Positions 10,949-23,500 of a DNA stretch of 64,000 bases are shown here, in pieces. The notes under the pieces are model-generated. The model ran no database searches, had not been told where the DNA came from, and was given only the letters and a program-made list of their open reading frames with translations. Numbering within the stretch: the stretch's first letter is position 1; the number at the start of each line of letters is the position of its first letter. The translations under genes and the position numbers were made by a program. The DNA is from Toensbergia leucococca (lineage: Eukaryota), in contig JALDZS010000011.1 in NCBI GenBank assembly GCA_022813965.1, positions 62,001-126,000 on the forward strand, read 5' to 3'.

Positions 10949-11903
10949 CTATCTGGACTTGACAAGCCGACCACAAATATGTGGAAGGACCGCAAACTCC
11001 TTTTCGTCCAAAAACGGAAAGAATTCCACCTTTTCCCAACTACCAGCCTTTAGCAGATACTCGTTCGTTGGCCGATCTAAATGACAGTGCGCCATCATGA
11101 CGGGCCATATAATATTGTACATGTCTGAGAAGGCTCGCGTCAATGGCTAGATCATAATCGAAGACATATATAGCATACCTTGAAGTAATCTAGAAACCCG
11201 ATTCGGACTCCTCACATGCTCGAAGAAGATAAGCTGTCCGCCAGGCTTCAACAACTGGTATAGTTCGCCTACTATTTTTTCGGGTTCCGGTACAGAGCAC
11301 AGAACCTTGATGCACAGAACGGTATCAACGCTCTCTCTCTCGAGTCCAACCTCTTTCAGAGCTTCGGCGTCCACGAATCCGTTAGGAATTATAGTGTAGA
11401 TCTCTCCTAGTCCCGCTTCTACAAGATTGGTACCAAGAGCAGCATGTAGAGAGATATTCGGCTCCACGCCGTACACTTTTATGATTTTTCCAGTGTCAAG
11501 ACGTTTAGACTGTTCCCCACTACCAGGACCGAGCTCGAGAACGATGCCGTATGCAGAGGAGATCAAAGAGGGAACAACGGAGTCCTCCTCGACTGCGGCT
11601 ATACGTGGCGCTGGAATGGCAGTGATGATCAGGATTGAGGTAATACAGCCGGAGAAGAATCATACCAAGTTTTAGCCAAGCTCGAGCAAACATAGCGTCA
11701 CGCCATTTCGAGTAGGTCAGAATGTCTAGTGGCCGTCCCTGAAAGATGGCCAGGTCAAATATAGTGAGCAACCCGGCTGGGCGGAGGCTTGGCAATCAGC
11801 AATTGACAAGCCATGGCACACCGTGGAACTAACCATAGGTGCAGAAAGCGAGAAAGATAAGTGGGGCAAAATAGGACCAGAGACGGGCTCTGATCTCGAA
11901 CAT
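10949..11903 (-). CDS. SAM-dependent methyltransferase (METTL7/Methyltransf_11-like) with a hydrophobic N-terminus, 4 exons
   Basis: Motifs VLELGPGSG, VYGVEPN, DTVLCIKVLCSV, LLKPGGQLIFFEHV and CHLDRPT. Probable ATG at 11903 (MFEIRARLWSYF). Intron donors gttagt, gtatga and gtatgc join the fragments. Confidence 0.85.
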
Positions 11904-13721
11904 ACTGTCGCGGTACCAAAGGAAAGATGGCCTAGAAATTGAAGTAGAGGTGAAAAAGGTGTCAGGGGCTCGAGGGGTAGATGCCACACGGATACGGATA
12001 TTCAATATTCCGGGTACGACTCTTGGTGCCATTAGCGTGACAGGGATATCCACCAATCAAAGTATTTAGGTAGGTAGGATTCTCCGTACTCCTCCAAGCT
12101 AGCTGTATCAGGTAACTTAGTCATATTTGAAGTTTACCAACCGAGTAAATTCCAATACTTCTGCTTCTCTCCTCCGTAGTCGAAGAATATTATGTTGCAG
12201 AAGGTGACCTCTTCAATGAATGTTCCAGAAAGCGTGATCTATCCCGAGGAAGCGCAATTGGTCAAGCTTCATCCCTACTCTGTACTTGAGTCTTCCTCGC
12301 ACCGACTATCGCTTCCTCTCTCTTCGCTCAATCTTGTCAGCTGGCACGAGCCATCACAACGTGTTATTCATGGTTCGTGACACCTGGAATTCTCTTCGCG
12401 AGAGCCTGCGCGGTATTCCGCTGGCCCAATTCCAATGGTTCTTGGCTTCCTACAAAGGATGAATTCAAAATCCTCAATAGGCTCAGACTTGAATCTCGCC
12501 AGCATGGACCACAACAACTGCGCCAACGACACCTTTTGTGAGCAAGACCACTAACGGGCATTTCATCGGTAACTTTGGGGTTTAGCCTAGCTGCCATGTC
12601 GGGTGATTAGCTGCCGTGAATTGAACATGCTGGACATTTCTATAGCTTCCCATTGGGCGTAGCATATTACACTTATGGTCCTGCAATGAATATTTGAAAG
12701 TGCCCGGTTCTTGAGGATAAGAAAGGTCACTAATCAACACGTCACATGCAATGGCGTTCAAAGGCAGTCTTGATTTTCGACTTTTCGAGTCATCTTTTCC
12801 TGAAAACCGTTGTTGTCAGATGCAAAAGCTAGATTTTAAGATCATAAGGCTGGGCTCCTTTCTATAGGCACCTTTCGTTTGCGGATAGACGGCAGGCTTT
12901 GCAACGGCGCCTGAGAAGTCATTTCGGTCTTTTTATCGTCTATCCCATGTTGTTAGCATTTCACTGAAAAGAACCTGTGCTAAGCATGTGGGGAACAGCG
13001 GCCAGAAATACTCGTCAAATAGTACGAGCAGTTGCTCTCGGACGTTACTCTGTGGACGCCACAGCCGTCAATTTAAATACAATCAGCAGTCGAGAGAAGA
13101 ATCCATCTTTTTGCCAGAGTGGACTTACTAAGACGACTGTTCAACGGATCCTGATTGTTGCCTTTGTCGACCTCGATGAAGAGCAATTTACTGACTTGTC
13201 AAGTGTCTGCCCTGATCCATTAGATTCTCTCCTGCATCTCTACATCATTGGCACTTTGCTGGATTACGGGTCTGTCACACTGCGGCTTGTGCATCTTGGC
13301 TGCGCTTCTGCTCTTTGGTTTTGTACTTGTGATATCGGCAGTGTCACAAGCATAGGCCATGGCCTGCTGGCCAAGGATGCCGAGTATGCATTTTCCTAAG
13401 CTCAATTCGATCGATCCCGAACAACGATGTCGACATTTTATCATGTACATCCAATATCTAATATTCGATTCAATCCCGTCCCTGGGTTGACTCTCAAGAA
13501 GGGGTACTGGTCCAGCGGTACGAGCCTAGCGTAGTGGAGACTTTTCTCGTTGCGCTTTTACCACTCTCTTGTTCGCGTTCAACATCTTCCAACCAATGAA
13601 GCTATGCATATGGATCATATGGAAATCTCAAATACCCCGCTCGCCATTGACTATGACTATTGAGTGTAGTTGTATTAAATATCCTTTGTCGTTATGTTTT
13701 CATCAAAAGACCATTTCCAAC

Positions 13722-15194
13722 ATGCCACTTTCAAAATTATTTTCTGATGCTTCACAGATCGTATGGTTCAGTCTTCTCTTTGTTCCTAATCTAGCTTACG
13801 GGACTCCGCTTCAGCCACCTGACGGCTCATCCTGCAAAATTCAGTTCGTTCCGTCTTGTGGAATGTTACCTATAATGATACTAACTTGAAAACACATATG
13901 TCATGACCTTCAACCAGATTCTGATTGTAGATGTATCTGCGCCAGCGGCGTCTTACAAGTCTCACTGCCTCTAGAACATTGTGGAGCCAAATTTGCCTCT
14001 ACGACGTCAGCTTTTGAGGACTCAGACGAGATTAGATTCTTTTCGACGAAAGAGTCTGCTCATCAAGTTGATCGCCAGTCGTTGTCACTTCAGCCTACTG
14101 AACTCATAGAAGACGCCCAACACCATATATGTAGTTCCGTGTCAGTATCAATACAACCAAAGTTTACAACGGTAATATGTACATTATTCTAACTTATAGA
14201 TTCAGCTGCCCGGATGAACTCGGACACGCTGATCGCCAGGCATTCATGGGACCATTGGAGCTGCAAGATTGCTTGTATCACTGTCAGAAGGCTTCATTGA
14301 AATTGAAAGATACACAGCATGATGTGGACACGAACTCTGCCAATCAATCTGATATGAGCAACCAGCAAGAAGCACCTCAGCCCAAGAACCTCGTACGACG
14401 TGCAAAAGTGGATCCAGAAATTTCTAGTCATGGCCAGATACATGACGGCTTCCTAGCCACTTTCTCCGCAAAGGACGACGACGGCAACGGCGCTGGTTCC
14501 GACAGCTACACCCTATACAAAGGCAACGGCTCCAACTTCCCCAAGCAATCAGAATGGGTCTCCTTTGCAGAAATGTACCTACCACCCGACCAACCAACCA
14601 TCCCCACCTCCAAGACCCAAAAACAACGCTAATCAAACCCCCCTCCCAAACAGGTTCGCGCACAACAAAAAAAGGATGCTAAACTCCTGCCGCAAATTCG
14701 CCCAACCGAGCAACACCAAAAACGAAATCGACGCAATCTACACCGCCATCCAAAAATACTCGGTCGAAACCCTCGTAGACCACCGCTTCGTCCTAGCAAT
14801 CATGATGCAAGAATCCGACGGCTGCGTCCGCGCCCCGACCTCCTCCAACGGCATCCGCAATCCCGGCCTCATGCAATCCCACGACGGCACCGGAACCTGC
14901 AACAGCGACCGCACGTGGCACGTCTCCTCGCCGTGTCCCACGAGCCAGATCGCGCAGATGATCCGCGACGGCGTGGCGGGGACGAGGGAGGGCCGCGGCC
15001 TCGCGCAGATTCTGAACGATGCCGGGACCAGCGACCCGGATATCGCGTTTTATAGGGCGGCTCGCATTTACAATTCGGGGTCGGTTGAGGTGGAGGGGTG
15101 TTTGGAGTGTGGGGGGGCGACGCATTGTTATGTTTCGGATGTGGCGAATCGGCTTACTGGGTGGGTGTTTGCGGATAGTACTTGTACGTTGTGA
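13722..15194 (+). CDS. Secreted lysozyme-like (SLT/GH23-type fold) glycoside hydrolase with an N-terminal extension
   Basis: Signal peptide from ATG 13722. C-terminal domain has FVLAIMMQESDG (putative catalytic Glu), NPGLMQSH, AARIYNSG and CYVSDVANRLTGW. A dibasic site (LVRR) precedes the domain. The 5' exon structure is uncertain. Confidence 0.8.
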
Positions 15195-16000
15195 TTTTGT
15201 CAAAAAAAGTGGTAGGGGGGTTTTGATTGAAAAAGTCATAGTGAATGGGTGTGATGGAAAAAGTTTTCCTTTTGAGAGCGGGAAATTCTTCATATTTTGC
15301 GGAATAACTTGTTTTTTTTCATTACTACATAGGTAGACATGGTTGAATCAGATACTGTATGCTTTAGACACTTATAGATACTTAAGTAACAAGTATAAAG
15401 AAAAGATCTACCTAGTAAGAAGCACTTGTAAAAAAGTTGAAGCAAAGAGTTCATCTATAAAAAAAAGTTCTCATTAAAAAAGAGTAAACAATCACTCTTT
15501 TTTCTAAAATGATACAAAGTCTGTAAGTGCTGATATTGACTGAAAATGAGATAAATTTTAAAGGAAGGTTGTTGTTATATGACGTTAATATTGTCAATAT
15601 GCCTCTGTACAAAACCTTCAGGGTCTTGAAATGTTGAGGAAGAATGGTAGGTCAACATCATATATTGGTTTCTGATTCAAAGGACCGTTTATTGATCGGT
15701 TACAGATTTCAGTAGCGTTTTCAACCATGAGATGACTTCACAACCTGTAGCTGTGGTCAGCAGGCCTGAAGATACCGGCGTTGCCAAAATCTAAAGTATG
15801 AGCTTCACAGTTGCTAACATTCTTCTAGGTGCAATGAATCCAATAAATCAGTATGGCGAGTAATAACCCAGGCGACGTCGGCATCTAAAACTCTCACATC
15901 ACTATTAGCAACCCCCCCAACTCTGACGTTGTGGCAGCGGCTTATTTGGTAATTTCGGGGCTTCTGGGATTTGCAGAGGAGGAAGCGTGAAGCTAAGAGG

Positions 16001-19000
16001 TCATGTGCTAAGATTGAGCCGCTTTCTGCGTTCTGACTGTCTCTCATTCCCCCTTATCTTCCTAATCTTCCCCCTTATCGCATCAAGAAGCCGGGGCTCG
16101 CAATCTACGCAGTTGTGGATTTCTGGCATTTCGCCGTGCTGGTAGTAGCATTCGATGTGCTGCCAAGTTGCACAGCGCTCACAGCAGACGGTACTCCTAT
16201 AATAGTGCTTGAATCCACAGATACACTTGATCGGGTCGTCTATAATTGGAGAAGGGGTTGAGTTTGGGAAGTTGGGAGGTTGAAACGAGAGTGGAGGTGG
16301 GTTTCGAGGTGCTGTCCGTAAAGGATTTTTGTTGTGTTGTTCTCGGGGTTTCAATAGGGCTTGAATATCCTCTACTGAAGGAATGTTTGAGGCTGAGAAG
16401 TTGGGAGGTTGAACGGAGAGTGGGGGACTTTTCCTCAGTTCTTCCTGATGCAGGTCTTGTTCTTGACGTGCCATCATTAGACGCTGTTTGTTTTGATGTT
16501 CTAGGAATTTCAATTGGGCTTGATAACTCATATCCTCTGCTGCGGAGAGTGGAGGAATTTCCCTCAGTTCTTCCTGAAGCAGGTCTTGTTCTAGACGTGC
16601 CATCAGGAAACGCTTTTTGTTTTGTTGTTCTTGGAGCATCAATTGGAGTTGATAAGGTTGCAATCCTTCACCCTCAAAATGATTGCTATTTTCAGGAGTG
16701 GCAGAAGAGTTCTCGTTACCCTTCCAGTGGTCAGCATGTCTCATTACACTAATGACTGCAATCATTTTCTCACCGCGTGTTCTTGTTGCTGAAGCATTCG
16801 CGAGTTTGCCTCATGGAAAGCTGGTATTTCATTGTTGAGGTTTTTAGAGTGATATGTTCGGTTATGCCGTTGGAGCGCAGTCTTCGTTGTGAAACCAGAT
16901 GTATAAAACTCACATACTGCATCCGCGCATCTGAACTGCTTTGTGTGAAGAGACTCATGTCTATCGCGCTGCTTTTTGGACGCAAATCCTTCTGAGACTC
17001 GTGAACACTGATGATAACGACATACAAAAGCCGAAGCCCCAAAGGTCTCCTGGAAAGCATCAATGACGTCTTGATCTACCCCGTCTGGTGCTGAAGTAGC
17101 ACGAACGTCCAAGAAGTGTTCAACGACTGTTTGATAATGTTGGTTTACCTCGCTAAATAATGTAGGATCATTCTCAGCCTGAAATAGTATCAGATCTATA
17201 GCAACGTCAGCTTCTAAAGATACTAATCTGAACGAATTTGTGCAAGAGACAAGGTTCAATCCGTCAATTGGTAATAGAAGACTCACCTTCCCGGCTTTGC
17301 TGAGCTTGTTTTTTTCGAGACAAGATCTCTCGAAATGCTAAAACGTCACGAACTAAACTCTGGATTTCTGGGACAGCGTCAAAAGGCAACAGGAGAGACT
17401 CGGTGGGAGATAGGCGGTTGATGTCATGAAGCTCAGAAGTAAAAGTAGGAGTGAGCGACTTCTTCCGAAACCGCAGTAATCGATAGAGCTGTTCAACCAA
17501 TGGCGCGGAATCAGCTTTGTCAAAGTTACCTCGTAGTCTTACGAAATCAAGAAGATGTGTAATCCAAAATTCTGTCGCGTAATGATGCAAGCCATGAAAG
17601 CCCTTGACTACTCGAATTTTCGAATCATCAAAGGCATTCGTTTGATCGATAAAACAGAAGACGGTTGACAGATAAGCCACGCATGAGAAGGTAATGTTGT
17701 AATGCGCAACATCATTTTGCAAGAACGGTCCGCTTTTATAGTCAAGAATATATCTGGTTTCACAGTTTAGAATAATGCGTTCCAAGGCATTCGTTGGAAG
17801 GTGATTATACTCTTTGGCTGAAAAGTGAACAAAATTGACAGTATTCCCAGGGCCTTCTTCTATGATTGGTTTGCAGAGGTCGAGCATAGCTTTGTTCAAT
17901 TTTGTTGCATCGTCCAGACCAGTGTTTCCAGGCTGGAACACAATGCCGTCTTGGATTTCGTAACTTCTCAGAACTCGGTAGGAACATGCCATCCATTCCA
18001 GAATTCGAATTGCTTTATGGCGGGCGTGGGGGCTGTGATCTTTCAAAATACGGTCAAGGATTCTGCCATACCTGTACCAGAATTAGTATAACGAGTACCG
18101 ATTCAAGATTCCGAGACAAGGTACGCTTCGTTTAGTCCTTCCGGCAGCGAATCAACAGCTTCCAGCAGTTCCTGAACACTGTATCGATCTTCAAGCGTCG
18201 TGATTATGAGGCGTACCCAGAGAAACATTCCTGTTTGTCAGTCAGTGAGATAGGAAGACTGTGATAGCAAGCTACTCGCCGTCGGCTTTTTGCACCAATC
18301 TCTGCTCAACGTCGTCCATGATCTGATTTCCAAATCTGTCACGAAGCTCGGTGAGGTTCTCGTTCACAAAAACTCGAATGTCCGTGTCCACGTCTGCCTT
18401 TCTCTCCTTCAGGGATATATTGGGTTTCCTACGCAAGGTCCTGCTGATATACACACTTTCTCTACTCGAGAAGAGGACTTTACAATGTGCGCCAGAATCT
18501 TTCGACAAAGATAGCAGTTCAGTTAAGATTGACTTTTGGTCTCTCTCATGGCATTCGTCTAATCCGTCAACAACTATTCGTGTCAAAGGGATCGTCGCTA
18601 AGAGCTCTGGGATCAACTTTCTCAGCTGCTGTATGGACGACGCACGGCCTTGGTGAGCATATTTATCGGCAACGTGCGCGGCTAGATCGAGATGAGCTCT
18701 TAAGAGTTGAGCGGCGATAGACTTGAGGATCTGACTGCAACGATCTCTCTCGTTCGTGTGGCTGTTGCAAAAATAGTAAGCTACAGTCACATTTTGCCGA
18801 TTCTTGAGGAATTCTATGATACGAGAACACAGAATGCTTTTCCCTGTATCAAATGAACATTGGTATACCGTTAAAGAAGGCTGGGAGAGATCGAAATGGT
18901 AGTACCTGCTCCAGGAATCCCCTTGAGCCATAGGATAGGTTCGTCACTATTGTCTTCAACCCACAGACTCAGCTTGTCAATGCTGAGCACCCAGTCACAG

Positions 19001-19943
19001 GTTTTAAGTTGCCGTCGTCGTTGTAATCTGTCAAGATCATCTTCTTGAAATTGATCCTCCTCAACCAGCCATGTAAGTGAATCTCGGAGCTGAGCATTTT
19101 GTATATCTTTGTCACGCTGCTCAAGGTTCTCTAATACTTGAGCTCGCCATGTTCTTGCTTCTACGATCTCTGAAGATAAGGCCTCTTTGTCTACTAAATC
19201 TCTATGTCTTGCAAGACTCTCCAGAATACCATTGAATTGAGGTGCAAAACTCTTCCACAGTGAATCAAAGACAATGTGCCATGCTGAAAAGAAATCAGGG
19301 ATGTCAATGGTCAGAGAAGTGAGCAAGCATACCTCGTCTTCGGAAGAATTTGTAAGCACGCCGATGAAAGTCTAGTATCTCAGCGTAGACTACGGCAAGG
19401 AGGTTCTGGAAGTCGGTGTTGCTTCCAAAGGCCTTCTCAAATCGATCGAAACGAGGTAAGGCTTCTGCTATCTGAGCATATGCGCCGAGTAACTTATCAA
19501 AGACGTTTGCATGTTCATTTGCGAGCTACGTAACAATTTAGCGCCAATATGTCCCTTGAACTCAAAACTGCTTCAATGGTAAGATACGGGGCTTACTTGA
19601 AGCATTAATTTAATAGGGGCCTATTTGAGGCGTTGTTAGTTAGAGAACAAATCAGGGTAGAAACTGTGTCACTAACCCAGATCCACGGTAAGTAAGGTGT
19701 TCCATTGCAGACGACGTCGATGGGCTTGGAATACTTCTCGAGAGCGTGTAACAGCGGCTCGATACGCCGTAAATTCCGGGTAGATTGTCTTTCTCGCTGA
19801 AGACGCTCGATCTCTCTCGCGGCATCCCAGACATCTTTGAGAGTTGTGGACTGAAAGACAACGGCGTCTTTGGGGCTGACCGACTGTTTCAATCTTTCAA
19901 AAGCGTTACTCAAAGCTATTGGCGTATGACTAGGCGATGCCAT
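16001..19943 (-). CDS. NACHT NLR-like protein: N-terminal helical (DUF7708/Goodbye-like) domain, NACHT, winged helix, 2x C2H2 finger, Som1-like repeats and PHD finger
   Basis: N-terminus AFERLKQSVS...NLRRIEPLL...NGTPYLPWIW|APIKLMLQ|LA. Walker A GIPGA|GKS is split by an intron; Walker B is RIVVDGLDEC. Also KVLFSSR, KADG|MFLWVRLI and FVHFSAKE. An in-frame 53-nt intron (16773-16721) joins the last exon. Confidence 0.88.
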
Positions 19944-20159
19944 GGTCTGTTGCGGCCTGATGAAAGACACCTTATTCCCCAGACATGGGGGCGGTGCGAC
20001 GTGAATCTGGACGGGGATATGGTTGAAGTGTTTCTAAGATAGGACTAGTGAATGCCATTCAGGGGGTCCAGTCAGAGTAACCGCGCTGGTAAAGGCGCTG
20101 CCAACCTAGAAAGAACCCAACACCAATACCATTATTCTGGGTGAGTAGGCTAGATGGAT

Positions 20160-20204
20160 GGGGTGTGAAAATGAGTCGGAATGGGGTGGAAAACCGAGTC
20201 GGAC
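20160..20204. promoter_or_regulatory. Tandemly duplicated ~22-bp motif in the divergent NLR/SNF2 promoter
   Basis: ggggtgtgaaaatgagtcgga is followed by ggggtggaaaaccgagtcgga. The second copy contains CCG-N3-CGG (20194-20202). Confidence 0.3.
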
Positions 20205-20524
20205 TCAGGTGCAAAATCAAACAGGTTCCCTAGATAAACCTGCTACTGAATGGCATGCGAGTTGAGAGGTAAATAGTATATAGAAGTAGTAAGGGAATCG
20301 AGTGCAATTGTGGTAAGAAATCGCGATGTTTTCCTATGCCACTTTGTGCCCGAGCACTATTCGAGGATAGGCGGAACACCATTATGCCTTGGCCCACGCT
20401 AGTTGTTCCATGCATTCAATTACCCACTGCTCGTTCAACATTGATTCTGTATTCTCTCACAAGGTATCCGTAATCGATGAAGAACCGAGCAAGGCGCCGC
20501 TCAAGTGCTTGACTATCGGCTGTC

Positions 20525-23500
20525 ATGAACCAGGAATCACCATGCAAGCGCCGACGAGTCCAGCACAATGAAGCAATCTTTCCTCCATCCGACTATATGC
20601 TCATTTCGCCTCCCTATGCGTATGAGAGTCTTGCAGAGACAACACCTGGTGAAGATACATCGCTGCTGCATGAGGCCTGCTTTCCATGCCAAGATCAGAG
20701 TGAAGAAGTCAAGGACCCGATCCATGTCCTCAAGCCCGCCCGAGAGCTCGAGGACGACGTCTGTTTCGGGATGGTAGGTCATTGACAGATGTTGCAGTGG
20801 AACATACACTTAATGCCTCCAGATCACCGATATCCCTGTTGAGAAGACGCACAACGAGTCACCAAAGGTCGACCAGGCTGTGCTTCCGGTCAAGTTGGAT
20901 GGGTTCAGTACTCTTCGGAGAGCTACGGATTCTCTGAAAGTTGGACAAGTTGCTGAACGATCTGGGACAATCATACAAGCCCTCGTGGCAAGAGATCGTA
21001 TTGCAGTGCAACTCTACTGCAGAGTCATGCCTTGCCCGATGAACACAGCGCCAGAGAAACGGAAGAGCATGGAGAGCACATCAGAGAGTCACAAAGTCGT
21101 GCTGTATGCCATAATCTATGGCCCTTTCTGTCTATTTGAACACGTTGGAGACTTCATCTCCAAATGTGAAATGCATCTGCAGGATCCCTTGCATTGCAAC
21201 CGAAACGTCCCCTATCGGAATCCTCATCACATGTCTCGACCTGACGAAGACCCACCAATGACCTTCTCAATTGTGCCTCCTACTGTGTCTCATCCTGTCA
21301 AAGATATCACGAATCGACAGAACTTGTCTGCACTGCTGAAAAGTGATCACGTCCTTTCAGAGACCGAGGCACCCCCTGCTGTCGTTACCAAGCTCTATAG
21401 GTATGGACCTGACTACGGGATTTCTATCGCTATGGCCCTGCTAGTGGGATTACGTTGACCATGGTATAGCCATCAGAAGCAAGCCTTGACGTTCATGCTA
21501 GGAAGAGAACGAGGCTGGGCTCTAGATGGCACCCGGCCAGATCTCTGGGTTCAGACTGCATATGAAAATAGCAGAATGCCTGAGTACTACCCATCACGAT
21601 TAGCCGTTCTCTTTGCTAGGTTCTGATACTACTAGGTACGTCAATAACATCACCGGGAGAAGGCAAGAGTCTCCGCCACTCGAGTTCCGAGGCGGGCTTC
21701 TGGCCGACCAAATGGGTTTAGGTGCGTATCAATTATTCGTTTTGTATCAAGTGACATCGAGGCTTTTCAGGACAATTTGTAATTCATTCTCCGTCCAAAT
21801 GACAACATGTATCGCTTGTTCGTATCATTTCTTTCATGCTGTCTCAGAATGACTTTTGTGAATAACTTTTTCGGGCAGACTAAACGAGCGCACAGGTAAA
21901 TCTCTCTCCATAATTGCCCTCATAGCGGCGAGCCCAGCGGATAGTCTGGAAGATGCTAGATACGAAGCACTGTCTTCGCCTGGTTCGACCATGGCACTAT
22001 TCCCTGTCAAGACGACCCTCCTCGTCGTCCCTCTTCCTTGTGAGTGTATCCAACTAGTTGAGGAAAGCACCGCCTGATGATAGTCGTGAATTTAGTGTTG
22101 CAGACCTGGGATACTCAATTGAGGAGGTTCAAGATCTTATTCATCTATTTCGAATATCAACTTACTTTGTGAAGACACCTTCACCCTGGGACTCTGTCAT
22201 GGCACATCTTTCATGGCCGTGATCGATATCGAAGCGTATCTTCCCTTGGACAATTTGATATTGTCATCACCACTTTCAATACTGTGTCAACGGAATGGAA
22301 AAGACGACTGCAATCGTCTGTACCATCTGAGTTATCTCTTTTCTCATTGATTTGGCATCGTGTTGTTTTAGACGAAGGTATATTCCTATACTGGCCTGGG
22401 CTCGCATTAGTATTGACTATGCTAGCTCACGTTATACAAAATCGAGCGACTTCCATTGCAAAAGCAGTTGGTGCCCTCCATTCGCGTTGTCGATGGGCGG
22501 CAAGTGGCACGCCTATTCAAAATAAGTTGACGGACCTTGGAAGTCTGTTCCAATTTCTTCGAGTATATCCATACTGCGTCCCCAAAACCTTTGACTCTGA
22601 AATTTTGAAGCCGTTGCTACAGTCTGATCCACAGGGATTCCTGAGATTGAAGGCCTTGGTTAATTACGTTACCCTTTGCCGCGACAAAACTGTCCTAAGC
22701 CTTCCAAATCGCGTCAACGAGATTCATCGTTTAGATTTCAGCGTTGCAGAGAAGAGTATATATGACCTAGCTAAAGCCCGAACCGATAGGCTCTTTGACA
22801 ATGCAATTGCGCTCGACTATACTAAGAGAGGCACATACTTGAATGCGCTACAATGGCTCAATGCCCTCAGACTCATCTGTAATCACGGTACCATGCATTC
22901 CAAGCGCGAAAGGCACCCTTGTGCCGTGGAAGGCTTAAAGGTACCACAAGCGTGGAATACGATGACGGCCCAGAAAGCCTTCGAAAGCATGCTCAATGCA
23001 GGAGCCGCTATATGTGCCGGTTGCTCTGTTGATCTTGCTGACAATGCTTGCGAAGATTTCAGACTGAAGACTCTTGACCTTCCTCAGCCTCGATTATCGG
23101 AATGCTTATTTCTACATTGTGGTCCATGCGTTTCAAGATGTACGGAAGATGGAACACGCTCTTCGGCTTGCTCCCATGATCCTGGTTGTTTGACTTTTGA
23201 CGTTTTCTTGACCGGCTCGAAGGAAACACTTGTTTCATGCATGAAACTTCCTTTTATGAGCTCAGGAGAGGTACCGACTAAGATCAAAGCATTGTCACAA
23301 AGTTTAAGATCGTGTAAGATAGGGGAGAAGAGGTGTACTACCCTATTGCTGTTTCATCCTTGGGACCCGAACTTACTTGACGTAGCGTTGTTTTTTCTTA
23401 TTGGACTTATACCCTCGATCTAGTAGAAGCTACACTCAAGGGCGAATTAATTTCCTACACTAGGCTAGATGGCCAGATGTCAGCAGATAGGCGAACACAA

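Noticed and set aside
12364..13450. ORFs 12364-12597, 12977-13399 and 13220-13450 as genes
   Set aside because: No recognisable motifs or consistent splice structure. They may be gene relics, but I cannot support that.
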